A DNA stretch of 64,000 nt from the human T2T-CHM13v2.0 reference genome, Homo sapiens: assembly GCF_009914755.1 (NCBI RefSeq), contig NC_060947.1; one strand, 5' to 3'. The notes below the pieces were generated by a model. That model had not been told where the DNA came from. It was given only the letters and a program-made list of their open reading frames with translations, and made no database searches. This document shows positions 1 to 13,345 of this stretch, piece by piece. The translations under genes were made by a program, and so were the position numbers. How positions within the stretch are numbered: the stretch's first letter is position 1; each line of letters begins with the position of its first letter.

Positions 1-1059
1 TTTATATGAAGTTCACAAGGATACTGACATTCCGAGGGGCACCTGTGGACTGGCAGAGCAGAGCTTGGGAGCCAAACTGAAGGAGAGTCCTCCCACCAGG
101 TGGGATGGAGTGGGCTCATGCAGCTGCCTTGGTTCTTGAGTGATCTGGTTCTCATTTGGCAAGATGCCAAAGCAGCACTGTCTCGGCCCCAAAGGTCTGA
201 CAGGATGGCTGAAGGATTCAGGCAAGTTATGGAACTAGATTAAATGACACATTAGACAGTCATCTAGCTAGGTTCTGAAGCAGTGGGGCCCAGAACAGAT
301 CAGTTTTGACTGAGGGCCTGGGGAGAGAGGTATAAGAAGTGTCTGGAAATTGTCAAGAAAAGGGCAGAGCCTGATGTGGGCAGGTCAAGATGAGGCAGAG
401 TAGAGAGAGGTCCTGGGCCTTGAAGGGGTAAGAGTACTGAGGACAAACTTTGTCTACTTAATACTTCACCTCAACACTTTGCTGTTAACACCCCTGTCCA
501 GCTGTAGCTGGGAAAATATGAAAATGGCTTATTTTCTCTCCCCCTTCATGCTGGCTGGGATTCAGGAGAAGGTTTAGGAATATCTCTTCCATCATCATGT
601 GCCACTGGGTTCCCACAGTTTGAAACCAGCTAATAGGAAAGTTGGCGAGGGAAAATGATGCCCAAAGACAGCTGGGCAGGGATAATTCCAGCTGTTGGAG
701 ACCCCTGTTACTGGACACAACCCAAGTGACTTCCTGTATGATCTGTCCTTTGGCATCAGGGTTAACAGAGAGTTGGAGAAAAACTGTGGTGACTCAAATG
801 GCCACACCTCTTGGGTTTCATGATTTGTTCTCACACTATGTCTTGGGCAGTGAGATCACAAGCTGTGCTCTGCTACTTAATGAGCTCAGGGTTGTCAGAG
901 ACATGAGATACTTACAGAATGAGGGAACTCAGACTTGAAGCTCAGGAGTAACCTGCCTGAGCAAAGCAAAGAACTAAAGGCTCCCACGTTAGTGTCCCTC
1001 AGAGTTTAGGACCCAGAACTGAATCATGACCTGGTTTCTAGTTTCCTTTCCATACTGGG

Positions 1060-1950
1060 CACTCTCCTTTGAACATGCTCTGTTTTTCCATTTTCTTCTC
1101 TAAGCACAGTAGAACTAAACACACCATTCTCAGTGTGGTCTAACCATGGCAGAGCAGAGTGGGACAATCCTCCCTCCCTTTTGTTAGTTACCAGACCTGT
1201 ATCAGTGAGGCCTTAGATCACACTAGCTTTTTTTCTATTTTTTCCACTAGCTTTCTAATTTTTAATTTTACATGACCAATTGTACATTAGCTTTTTAATA
1301 ATCCTGCTAATCACCCATCATACTGAGTTTGCCTTGTTCAATTAAGTCTCTTAGCCATTGTTGTGTTTTACTAAGCCACATTTCCCCATTGCAGAGATGG
1401 GTAGACTTGCGTGTAATTAAAATGCACAAGAACACAAAATAACAATACACATTTTCAAGAAAATATACATGGTTGCCTGAAGTGGAGGGGCAGATGGGAG
1501 CAGGGTATGAAGAGAAAAAGAAAGAAATAAATAGATAATTATAAAGCCCTTGCACAGACCAACTATGTTAATAGGACATGATCTAAGCAGTACAGCTAAC
1601 TCAACTGTCTGCACTTGAGGCTCACCCTCCCCCAACCAAACCCCAAACACAAAACACTTTGGTAAATTTGGGAGACCAAAGTGCAGGACTTCACATTGAT
1701 TCTAATTAAGCATAGTTTGCTGGAGCCACTCCATTTTTCCATCCTCTTGAAATCTCTTTGGATATTGATTGTGTCATCCCTCTCAGCTGTACGTCTTCTA
1801 GAACTAGGATAAGCGGTCCTCATATGTTCTCTTACAAGTCATTTATTGAAATATCAAATGGAGCAGAACCAAATGCAAAACGTTGTGCAGTGCAGCTGAA
1901 GATTTGGTTGCATTAAATCAGTGTCTGATTAACCCTTACTTGGCACTGGG
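1060..1950 (-). mobile_element. Ancient L3/CR1 LINE fragments in FGF16 intron 1
   Basis: Minus-strand translation DDTINIQRDFKRMEKWSGSSKL resembles CR1 ORF2 (IQRDLDRLEKWA). Highly decayed; edges uncertain. Confidence 0.6.
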
Positions 1951-2351
1951 TATTTTCTCTTCCCCTCCTACCGTCTTGTCTCAATCTCATTTCCCGAGAC
2001 TCCTTTCTTTGTACTGTAAAATTTAATAGCAACCAGACTGAGAATAAAACTTGGAGGATTTCAGTGTGAGAGGCCAAAGGCCAAACCCTGAGTGTTCTAT
2101 AGAATTGCAGCAGAATAACCTTACATCCTTCCAAAAGATCTGGGTGGGTTGTGGAAGCACATGCCCCCAAAGCTGCCATACCTGAACAGCAGCCCACCAA
2201 CTTGAGTCACTGGGGTTCCTCAGGAGACTTCCCAGTAGAGTTTTAACCTGATTTTAAAATTAGCCGCTTAAAATTCTTGATCTTGGAAAATCAGCTCTAC
2301 TCCCTATATAGATTACATAGAATATTATTACCCTTAAGAATTGCATTTTTG

Positions 2352-2656
2352 GGCCAGGCACAGTGGTGCATGCCTGTAATCCCAACACTTTGGGAGGCCA
2401 AGGTGTGCAGATTGCTTGAGCCCAGGAGTTTGAGAACAGCCTTAGCAACATGGTGAAACCTTGTCTCTAGAAAAAATAAAAAATTAGCTGGGTGTGGTGA
2501 TGCGTGCATGTAGTCCCAGCTACGAGGGAGGCTGAGGTGGGATGACCACCTGAGCCTGGGGAGGTTGAGGCTGCAGTGAGCCATGATCACACCACTGCAC
2601 TCCAACCTGGGTGCCAAAGTGAGATCCTGTCTCAAAAAACAAACAAACAAAAAAAC
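2352..2656 (+). mobile_element. Alu (AluJ-like)
   Basis: Dimeric Alu with A tail; TSD agaattgca(t/a)tttt. Confidence 0.95.
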
Positions 2657-3489
2657 AGAATTGCAATTTTGGATAAGAAAGACAGCCAGATATGAGCTCA
2701 TTTCATACCTTGGATGACTTAAACAAGTTTTTGGTCTGTATGTTGAGAAATGTGATTACAGGCAGGAATATCAAAGAGGAATCTAGTTGACTATTATGTC
2801 TGTATCTAGATAATAGACGTACTATCTTGGGACAAAATTGTAGTCTTCAGTACCACCAGGATTTCAGTTCTGGGTCCTTTTTCTCACTTAGGACTGCTGC
2901 TGGGTAAATGAAAGCATTTTCAAATCTTCACCTCTAATATTGTCCGCTAGGAGGACATTTCTGAATTTCTTCTCTTTGGCCTTAAAGTTACAACATCTCA
3001 AATCAGTATTGAGTCCAATACCACCTGCCAACTCTTTGCTGTGGATAAACTTAAAATTCTCAAAAGAGAATGATAGGCTTGTCAGCTTGGGGCTGTACTA
3101 GCTGAGAATGCTTTTTAGGAGAAAGCTCTCATGTGGCCAAGTTTTGCCTCCTGCCATAAGCAGGGGGAACAAACAGTGAGTGGCCTGTGTGACCTTTGTT
3201 AGAGTCAGCTACAGGCAGTTGACGGCCTCATGTGGCTTTAAGGACATGGGGGCTGACAGGGCACAAAACAAGTTCAGCCTAGAGGACAGCAAGGTAATGC
3301 TGCGTGCTCTAAGGAAGAGGGAGGTTACAGGGAAAGATACAGAAACCTGTCCTTCTTGCATTTAGAAAACTTCCCGTTTCTTGAATTTGAGAGCAATAGC
3401 ACCTTGCAATTATGGAGCTTTTGTAGCCAAAGCCTTCTCATGGTCTCTTCCTCATAATATGCCTAAGAGTGTTGAGTAGAAGCAGAGAT

Positions 3490-3560
3490 GGTGTCCCCCG
3501 TTTTACATATGGAAAAACTGAGGCCCAAAGAGACTAAGTACCTTCTCTGAGGTTCCATTC
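3490..3560 (-). mobile_element. MIR core fragment
   Basis: ccgttttacatatggaaaaactgaggcccaaagag matches the MIR core. Confidence 0.65.
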
Positions 3561-3712
3561 TTGCCGCAAAAGATGGTTTCATCAGGCATTTTATCAAAGG
3601 CACACAGGGCTGGCCTCCAGTTGGGGACAAATGACTGGTAGCTCATGTCACCTGAACAGCTTTCTCTTAGTTTGATGCTGGTAATGGGAATAGTGTTCAC
3701 TTTTTGCCCTAG

Positions 3713-3816
3713 GAATCCTGGAGTTTATCAGCCTGGCTGTGGGGCTGATCAGCATCCGGGGAGTGGACTCTGGCCTGTACCTAGGAATGAATGAGCGAGG
3801 AGAACTCTATGGGTCG
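3713..3816 (+). CDS. FGF16: FGF16 coding exon 2 (104 bp)
   Basis: Acceptor tttttgccctAG|, donor |GTAAGT at 3817. Translates (G)[34 protein letters not shown], the FGF9/16/20 core. 104 bp is the typical FGF middle-exon size. Not in the ORF track. Confidence 0.97.
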
Positions 3817-3824
3817 GTAAGTTT

Positions 3825-3828
<4 letters not shown>

Positions 3829-3858
<30 letters not shown>
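3829..3858 (+). repeat. T30 homopolymer just after the FGF16 exon 2 donor
   Basis: 30 consecutive T starting 12 nt into the intron. Confidence 0.95.
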
Positions 3859-3859
<1 letters not shown>

Positions 3860-3924
3860 GTCAGAGGTTATTACAACCAGTGTTTGGACAATGTAAAGCA
3901 AAAGTATAAAAATATTTATCTGGG

Positions 3925-4718
<794 letters not shown>

Positions 4719-5832
4719 TGATGATAACAGTAACCTGTGCTGGTTTGGCAGTAGATGGTCAGGGTTTGGGGCATTAACCCTCCAGGGGAGTACATCTGAA
4801 TTTGAATGTGTACCCAGAGGAGTAGCAGACTAGCAGGAACAAAAATAGGCAGTGGAAGAGCTGGCTTTCAAATTGAGGATTCTGAGGTTAACAACACAGT
4901 CCCTGATTTCCAGATTGCTTCAGCTGAGTCCCAAAGGCCAAATGAAACAAACAAATGAAGAATGAGGGTTCCAGGGTCTGGTGACAGCCTTAAGCCCTCA
5001 GCTAGGACTAGGCTAGCGGCAGTGCATTTTCTCTATTCTGGAAGCTAGCCTAGCACTGAGGAATGGTGAGTGATTTACTGACCTTAACCCTTCCAGGGGA
5101 TCCCAACTCCTGGCTCTGGCTTTTAAGTCACATAGCATACTTTCTGGCTGCCTGCACCCCATGAAATCAGAACACATTTTTCCATGACACCTAAGAGATA
5201 GGCCTGTCCCCAGCACTCAGTATCGGCAACTCCAGCAAGTAGTATGGCGGTTGGATCAAGTGTGAGAAGGGACAGAGGCAAGAGACCCAGGAACTGCCAG
5301 CCTGAAGTAGCCAGATTGGAAGAGCTTTTCAAGGAGATCTTTTCTGAGCTTTCAGACTGACAGGCCTGAGACCCTTCATTAGGAGAGATCACAGCTCACC
5401 TCCCATGGAGCTTTATATAGATCCGAGGCCTTTGCCTGTTAGTTGACATGGTTGACTGTAATCTCAATGAATTTGAACATCATTAGCTCTAAGTAGGGAG
5501 AAAGCTCAGTGGGTACCAGCAGGGCATTGGGAGGCCATAGCAGCAATTCTCAGGCTCAGAGAGCCAGGTGATGCCATCTCCTCCAATCTCCTCCCTTCAG
5601 GAAAGATTTCAACTAAAACATTTCTGTGTAACTCATGAAAGAGAATGAAGGAGATACAGACAAGAGTGTTTTGTGCTATTTGGAAGAAAGTTACCTCCAG
5701 TAATACAGAGAGATAGGACTGGAATTTTCTAACATCAATGTGCTATTGCTATTTCAGGGTTTCTCTACTAGCAAGCTGGGATAGGAGAAATAGTCATATA
5801 ATGGGTTCTGCTTTATTTTCTCACCCTCACAG

Positions 5833-6078
5833 AAGAAACTCACACGTGAATGTGTTTTCCGGGAACAGTTTGAAGAAAACTGGTACAACACCTATGCCTC
5901 AACCTTGTACAAACATTCGGACTCAGAGAGACAGTATTACGTGGCCCTGAACAAAGATGGCTCACCCCGGGAGGGATACAGGACTAAACGACACCAGAAA
6001 TTCACTCACTTTTTACCCAGGCCTGTAGATCCTTCTAAGTTGCCCTCCATGTCCAGAGACCTCTTTCACTATAGGTAA
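5833..6078 (+). CDS. FGF16: FGF16 terminal coding exon (81 codons + TAA)
   Basis: Acceptor ttttctcaccctcacAG|. Translates [81 protein letters not shown], the FGF16 C-terminus. Joins exon 2 in phase 0. Confidence 0.98.
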   Translation, partial: KKLTRECVFREQFEENWYNTYASTLYKHSDSERQYYVALNKDGSPREGYRTKRHQKFTHFLPRPVDPSKLPSMSRDLFHYR

Positions 6079-6835
6079 TGAACCTCTGGTGTGCCCTCTG
6101 TGACCCATGTACCCTGGGGCCACGGTTGTCTCTGCAAGCACTATATTCATAGCTTTTCAATCCTTCCTTCCTATCATTTTAGATAACAGAAAAGCACTTA
6201 CTGTTGAACTCAACCCAGCTGTTCCCTTGTTGTTCAAAGTGTATATCAAGGTTGGGTTATTTTGGGGAGGGATGGGGGGCTGGGCTCGAGGGAATCTTGT
6301 ATATACTTTTTTCTTTACTCATGTTCCTTCCCCTGAGGTAGCATAACAAAGAATGGGAGCCCCTGCTAAGGGCCAGGGGTGTCTTACCCCACAATTTACT
6401 CAAATACCTTGACAATGGGTATAAATGAAAGGCCAAGGAATCTGCCACAGATGCTACCTACAGAGCTTTGGAAAAGTCTCATTAAGAAAATCCTTGGGGC
6501 TACAGCCTTGCTGCAAGCCTTCCCTGCATTGGCTCTGCAGATTTCTCATCTGTCCTGACATGCAGTTTTCCTGTCATTGGAAGTGGGAGATGGGGTAGGT
6601 TGTAAGAAAATGATATTAAAATGTAAGCATGGATACTGTGCATAAGGACAAACTATTTATAAAATGTATATGCTATTTATTTTATATATTTATTTATTTC
6701 AAAATAATAATTTTATTTTTAATGAGAGATGCGATGGCTGGATTTTCATCAGAAAGAATAAGGTCCTACTGAAACAGGATAAAATGAGTTATTAAAGGCT
6801 TTTACTGACAATAAAATTTGTCTTTATATTGTAAG
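6079..6835 (+). other. FGF16: FGF16 3'UTR with AU-rich cluster (about 6655-6720)
   Basis: Follows the stop codon; overlapping ATTTA motifs (tatttat...tatttatttatttc); ends after ATTAAA/AATAAA signals. Confidence 0.8.
6791..6815 (+). terminator. FGF16: FGF16 polyadenylation signals
   Basis: ATTAAA at 6791-6796 and AATAAA at 6810-6815, followed by T/GT-rich sequence. Confidence 0.8.
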
Positions 6836-7162
6836 ATTCTGTCTAATTCTATTGATTTGTACATTTAGTAGGGTTAGAAGGTTGGCCAGCTTCTTTCTCT
6901 CCAACTCATTAGAATTTTCTGATATTGGCATCACACTGCCTATGCTAGATGACTCCATCAGCCAATATGTTAGCATTATCTAGAGGCCTTATGTGAAGTC
7001 CTAGTGGTCCTTTCCAGTTCTATGACTTTAAACATACAGGTGAATCAAAGCTTCAGGAAGGCCTAGACCAACAGCTATTACTGAAGCTCCCATTTGTGCT
7101 TAGGACTATGCATAGAGAAACTCTCCTTTGGGACTTGGTTAGGGTCCAAAGCCCTAAGGTCA

Positions 7163-7525
<363 letters not shown>

Positions 7526-7679
7526 AAATAAACACAAATCAACAGAGAGACTGATTTTTTTGAACCAGTCAACTTCCATTCTGGAGATTTCCCCATTCTC
7601 TTTACCCCCACCCTCACCTCCTGCCAGTGCTTCTCCTAGGGAATTTGGGAGGCTGTAAACACACTCATCTACAGAAGTA

Positions 7680-7845
7680 GTGCTTAGCGTACTGTATATG
7701 GTCTCTTGACCAGCAGCATCACCTGGAAACTTGTTAGAGATGCAAATTATCAGAAATTCTGGAGGCAAGGTCCAGCAGTTTACATGTTAACAAGCCTTGC
7801 AGGGGTATTCTTGCACATACTAAAGTTTGGGAATTACTGCCCTAA
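7680..7845. mobile_element. MER5-type hAT DNA transposon fossil
   Basis: accagcagcatcacctggaaacttgttagagatgcaaatt...ctaaagtttgggaattactg. Confidence 0.75.
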
Positions 7846-8014
7846 AGGAATATTTTTTTTAATTATTTTTGCATCTGAATGGTTTATAAATAAAGTTTTA
7901 GGGTAACTTCAGTCCAGAAAACAAAAGTAGAGTGGCTCTAGTTGAAGTGGGGATGGCATTTCTTGGAGCTCCCTCTTCCCCAGAGCAGCCCCTGAGGTAT
8001 CTTGGTTAAATATC

Positions 8015-8094
8015 CCTAGCCTTGCTGCTGTGCCTATGGAGTAGCCATTCTTTATTCCTTTACCTTTCTGATAAACTTGCTTTCACTTAAAAAA
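8015..8094 (+). mobile_element. Short ERV1-type LTR fragment (MER41/LTR8-like R region) ending in A6
   Basis: gcctatggagtagccattctttattcctttacctttctgataaacttgctttcacttaaaaaa. Confidence 0.6.
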
Positions 8095-8701
8095 GTCGTT
8101 AGCCTCTTTACTGATATTTACCAAGGTAGGAGAATAGAGTTATTTGCATTTTTATAGTGAGTGTTGTCAGGAGACAACAACCAAAAGGATAAAAGTCTCA
8201 TTGACATTGAGTACACAGGCACTACGAAGGCCTAGTAGGAGAGGTGTTTGGGTTTGAGATAGTTCTCCCTAGTGCTCCTGAATCATACCCTGTAGGCATC
8301 CACTATTTTTCTAATTGTATGGGTGAAACAAATAGCTTAGGTATCAGTTCACTTAAAAAACAAAACCCAAAGCTCACCCAAATCTGAGTACCCAACAGAG
8401 AAGCTGCACATACATGAAATAGCAAATAAGACTATAAAATAAAAAGTGCTAAATTGTGTGGCTTGTGTGATCATAGACTGGAATGCTCATCAGTGGAACT
8501 ACTAACGTGGAGATCTGAGTGGGCTAGTGTGATTAGGGTGAGTTTCATGAAAGGGGCAATGCCTGCTGTGAAGAACAAACAGGATTTGGTGAGGAAAAGA
8601 GGCTGGCTGATCATGATGTTCATGTTGGGCCGTAGGGAAGAGACACCACCTTTAGTGGTCTCTGGCAGAAGAGTAAAAATCAGCTATGTGACATTTTTTA
8701 A

Positions 8702-9035
<334 letters not shown>

Positions 9036-9399
9036 TAGGAAGTACGCTTTTATTTTCAAACAAATTGTACTTATCTATGTAGAGATGTTCGGCTACCTAG
9101 AACTTTTGAAACACAGCTACAACTTCTGAGGACTTGCAAGATACATGAGCTCTGCTATAACTGCCAGGGTTACTCTAGCGGGGCACTTGCTATGAGCCTG
9201 GCAAGACCACAAGCACCATGCTGCAGGGCAGAATTTGCAAGAAAAATCACACTGTAATGAAAAGGGAAAAGACTTCAAATCCTAGAGTCAGGCCTTATTT
9301 TTTCCTCTAGGTGGAAGCAGAGAAGAGACGACTTGGAAAATGGTGTAGGGTCCCAGGACACAGGAGGAGCTCACTCTTGGTGTTGAACTTTGAGGGATA

Positions 9400-9707
9400 G
9401 CAACGAATGGAGCATGTGGACAGAAAATGGCAATGGGCAACTGTTCCCATTTTCAAAAGGAGGGGAAAGATAAACTCCGGAAATGGGAAATGTGAGATGG
9501 ATGACCTAGTATCACTAGATCGATCAACAGCTGATTTACACCATATCCCCAAAGTGCTAGGCTAATGGATTTCATGCCGACCTAAAGGGAATAGTAAGCT
9601 CTGGGGCTCTGGTTTGAGATAAAAACATGTGCAACGACCATTTCTTATTCATGTTTACATCCCTTCCCAGAAATAGATGCCTTATTTAGCGAATATCTAT
9701 CTATCTA

Positions 9708-9747
<40 letters not shown>

Positions 9748-9960
9748 ATCTATCTATCTATATCTCTATCTATGATATAAACGCTGGGCTAGAGAGAGCA
9801 AATATGTTACAGAACAGAATCATCAGAAATGTTAAGTTCTTAGTACGTTTAAATAGACACAATGACAAACTAGAATATGTGTCAGGAAATATAGGTCCCT
9901 GTTACTAGAAGTGTTTCAGCAGATGCTAGACAACCACTTGACAAGGATATTGCATCATTT
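9400..9960 (+). mobile_element. Ancient L3/CR1 fragments split by a microsatellite
   Basis: actgttcccattttcaaaaggagggga reads TVPIFKRRG (CR1 VVPIFKKG motif); L3-like 3' sequence near 9900-9950. Confidence 0.5.
9693..9773 (+). repeat. (TATC)n / GATA tetranucleotide microsatellite, interrupted
   Basis: Directly visible. Confidence 0.95.
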
Positions 9961-11183
9961 AGAGGGGACAGGGTGAATACTAGATAAAGATGGCAGAATG
10001 TAGCATTAGTTTACTAACCATATATTCTATGGGACCCCCAGAATTTTCCTGAGCACCAATAGTGTTCCAAGAAAGAATACATCAGACCTAAAAGTGCTAT
10101 CCAACTGCTGTCCCAGACCAAGAAAGACACTGTAGACCAGAGGTTCCAAACTTGGGAGTCACAGGGTTATTAAAGGTACATGGAAAGCCTGAACTCTCTG
10201 GACCCAAACTCCCTAGAATAGTATGCAAAATTTTACGTAGATGTACATTTGGCATTTCATTGATCTTGAAAAGGCCCCACAAAATGTTAGGAGCTACTAT
10301 CTTAGGAGTTTCTAAGCATTTGGCATAAGATTTGGTGGCCACTGTGATCCTATGTGAAAACCTTGACAGACTCATTAGGTGTTTTTCCTTCAAAGATGTG
10401 GATTTTATGCATGAAACTTTTGACTTCTGTTCTCTAAGAGATAGTTTCAAGTTTGGTAATGAAGAGGTGGGAGTGAAGGGAGGGGCAAGCTGGCATGACT
10501 GCACTGCTCAGTGGTTCTGAACAAAGTTCAACCCCAAGCCAGTCTGAAGAGTAGTCCCTGGCAGCACGACTCTCCTTCCCCTCCCTACACACTCTTTTCA
10601 TTCCCACTGCCACTGCCAAACGTTGCTCATGCTCAAAAAATAAGCAGTGACTGAGCCCACTAGGCCCGGGCACAAGGAGCTTGTCAGAGCCATCCGGGCA
10701 GGTGCCTTCCCAAAAGGAATATAATCAAAGGCTTGAAATAATAAATATAATTTATCTTATCTTACCTTCAAGTCACTGCAGTGCTCAGCCACTGAACTCC
10801 TGGCTATGTAGTCAGAAAGACATCATGTCCAGGGCTTTAGCGGGGCTGCAGGTCACGTGGGCTCTGTCCAATTTGCCTGGAGTGCAGCCCCAGCCTTCCT
10901 CCTCCTGAAAAGGCTGGCCACTGGGGACTGCTTTCCTTCTCTCTGGAGTAGCTGGGGCTACACTGCCTTTTCTGCACTTCTCAAGCTGCACTTCACCAGC
11001 TGGCATATGTCAAGGAAGAACCAGGAAATAGGGAGAAGTGGACCAGAGAGGAGAGATCCTCTCTCTTGGAAAGATGTATTCACCATCAGCCATCTAACTC
11101 CCTAGCTCAACAGGAGGATCAGAGCATAATTTAGCTTGTCATTTCTAGAGCTCCCTTGTACGCAACAGAAAATGGAAGAACCA

Positions 11184-11492
11184 CCAGGCCCAGTGGCTCA
11201 CACCTGTAATCCCAGCACTTCAGGGGTCAGAGTTGGGAGGATTGCTTGAGCCCAGGAGTTTGAGACCGATCAGCCCTGTCAATATAGCAAGACCTCATCT
11301 ACAAAAAATTTTAAAACAATTAGCTGGGCATGGTGGTGCATGCTTGTAGTCCCAGCTACTTGGGAGGCTGAGGTGTGGGGATTGCTTGAGCTCAGGAGGT
11401 CAAGGCTACGGTGAGCCATAATTGCACCACTGCACTCCAGCCTAGGAGACAGAGCGAGACACTGGCTCTGAAAACAAACAAACAAAAAAAAA
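11184..11492 (+). mobile_element. Alu (AluJ-like)
   Basis: Dimeric Alu with (AAAC)n tail. Confidence 0.92.
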
Positions 11493-11496
11493 CCTC

Positions 11497-11820
11497 AGAA
11501 TTTTTTATTTAATAATTCATTAAAAATAACAATAAAGCTGTTACACATTAACATAAATAACATTTTTATGAAAAATAACTATATTCTCAAAAACTCAGTT
11601 AGAAGCGTGCTATTGTTATATATTTTTCCAAACCTCTTTGATGTCTGCCTTGATAGAAGACAGCTGGATTCTCATATCTGCTTTTGCATTCAATCTGTTG
11701 TTATATGTTGTTTTGCCTGAAGTATCGGGAGAAAATCTGGCCTCTAATAAATATGTAATTGCAAAAGAGAAGACTTCACGGACCCCTAGGAGTCCTTGGG
11801 CCACACTTTGAGAATCACTG
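11497..11820. mobile_element. Charlie1-type hAT DNA transposon end
   Basis: atagaagacagctggattctcatatctgcttttgcattcaatctgttg...ccacactttgagaatcactg. Confidence 0.7.
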
Positions 11821-12084
11821 ATCTACAGATTCAACAAACCCTCAAGTGATTCTTATCATAAGAATAGGTAACAAACACTGCATTTGTTCATGTGAGACAT
11901 AACACATCTCCTTTGTCTCAAGTTCTCAGCTCCAGTCTGTTCTGGATCAGGCACTCTTTGGTCTAGCTGTGTAGATGCACCCCTCTCATGTTTTACTAAG
12001 AAGACCCAAGCCATCCAATAGTGGCTTCCTAGCAATCATTTTGGGGGGTTCTTTAGTTTTGCTTTTCTCTTTTAAAGAAAACAT

Positions 12085-12730
12085 TTTTTTGAATGTTTTA
12101 TTGTGGTAAAATATATATAACAAAATTTGCCATTTTACCATTTTTAAGTGTACAACTCAAGGGTATTAATTGTATTTACAGTGTTGTGCAGCCTCACCAC
12201 CATATTTCCAAAACTTTTTCATCGCTCCAAACCAAACCTCTGAAACCATTAAGCAATATCTCCTTATTACCCCCTCCTCCTAGTCCCTGGTGAGCTCTAA
12301 TCTACTTTCTGTTTCTGTGGATTTTCCTATTCCGAACATTTCATATAAATGGAATCACACAATACACGGTCTTTTGTGACTGACTTCTTCCATGTAGCAT
12401 GATGTTTTGAAGGTTCATCTACATTGTAGCATGTAGTGATACTGCATTCCTTTTTATGGCTGAATAGTATTCCATTGTATTAATATACCACATTTCATTT
12501 CATTTATCAGTTGCTAGACATTTGGGTTGTTTCCACTTTTCAGGTATTATGAATAATGCTATGAACATTCATGTACAAGTTTATATAAATACATGTTTTC
12601 ATATCTCCTGGGTATATATCTAGCAGTGGAATTGCTGGGTTATACGCTACCTCTATGGTCAACCAGATGAGGATCTGCTAACAGTTTTTCAAAGAGGCTG
12701 CACCATTTTGCATTCCCACCAATAATATAT
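12085..12730 (-). mobile_element. Old L1 (L1MB-like) 3' end
   Basis: ttttattgtggtaaaatatatataacaaaatttgccattttacc... typical reverse L1M 3'UTR. Confidence 0.85.
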
Positions 12731-12734
12731 GGTA

Positions 12735-12960
12735 CTGCAGTCTTGACCTCTCGGGCTCTGGTGATCCTCCCATCTCAGCCTCCCCAGTAGCTGGGACTAC
12801 AGGCACACACCACCTCACTAGCAAATGTTTTGTATTTTTTGTAGAGACAGGATCTCATCATGTGGCCCAGGCTGGTCTTGAACTCCTGGGCCCAAGTGAT
12901 CCTCCTGCCTTGGCCTCCCAAAGTGCTGGGATTACAGATGTGAGCCACTGCACCCAGCCT
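12735..12960 (-). mobile_element. Alu (AluJ-like) lacking its 3' end
   Basis: Reverse Alu body, no poly-T head. Confidence 0.88.
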
Positions 12961-12985
12961 CTCCTGGCTTTTGAAATATACAATA

Positions 12986-13345
<360 letters not shown>

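Noticed and set aside
2297-2701. 134-aa ORF and similar ones (7160-7465, 12775-13104, 29784-30071, 32453-32764, 45791-46066, 62188-62445)
   Set aside because: Antisense Alu translations ([20 protein letters not shown]), a well-known artefact.
1-3712. FGF16 exon 1 or promoter
   Set aside because: No CpG island and no N-terminal FGF16 coding sequence seen; exon 1 must lie upstream of the window.
5738-5950. 70-aa ORF overlapping the FGF16 terminal exon
   Set aside because: Different frame from the FGF16 CDS, starts in the intron, no recognisable similarity.
10097-10504. 135-aa ORF in apparently unique DNA
   Set aside because: No recognisable domain or exon signals; partly overlaps what looks like a decayed hAT remnant.
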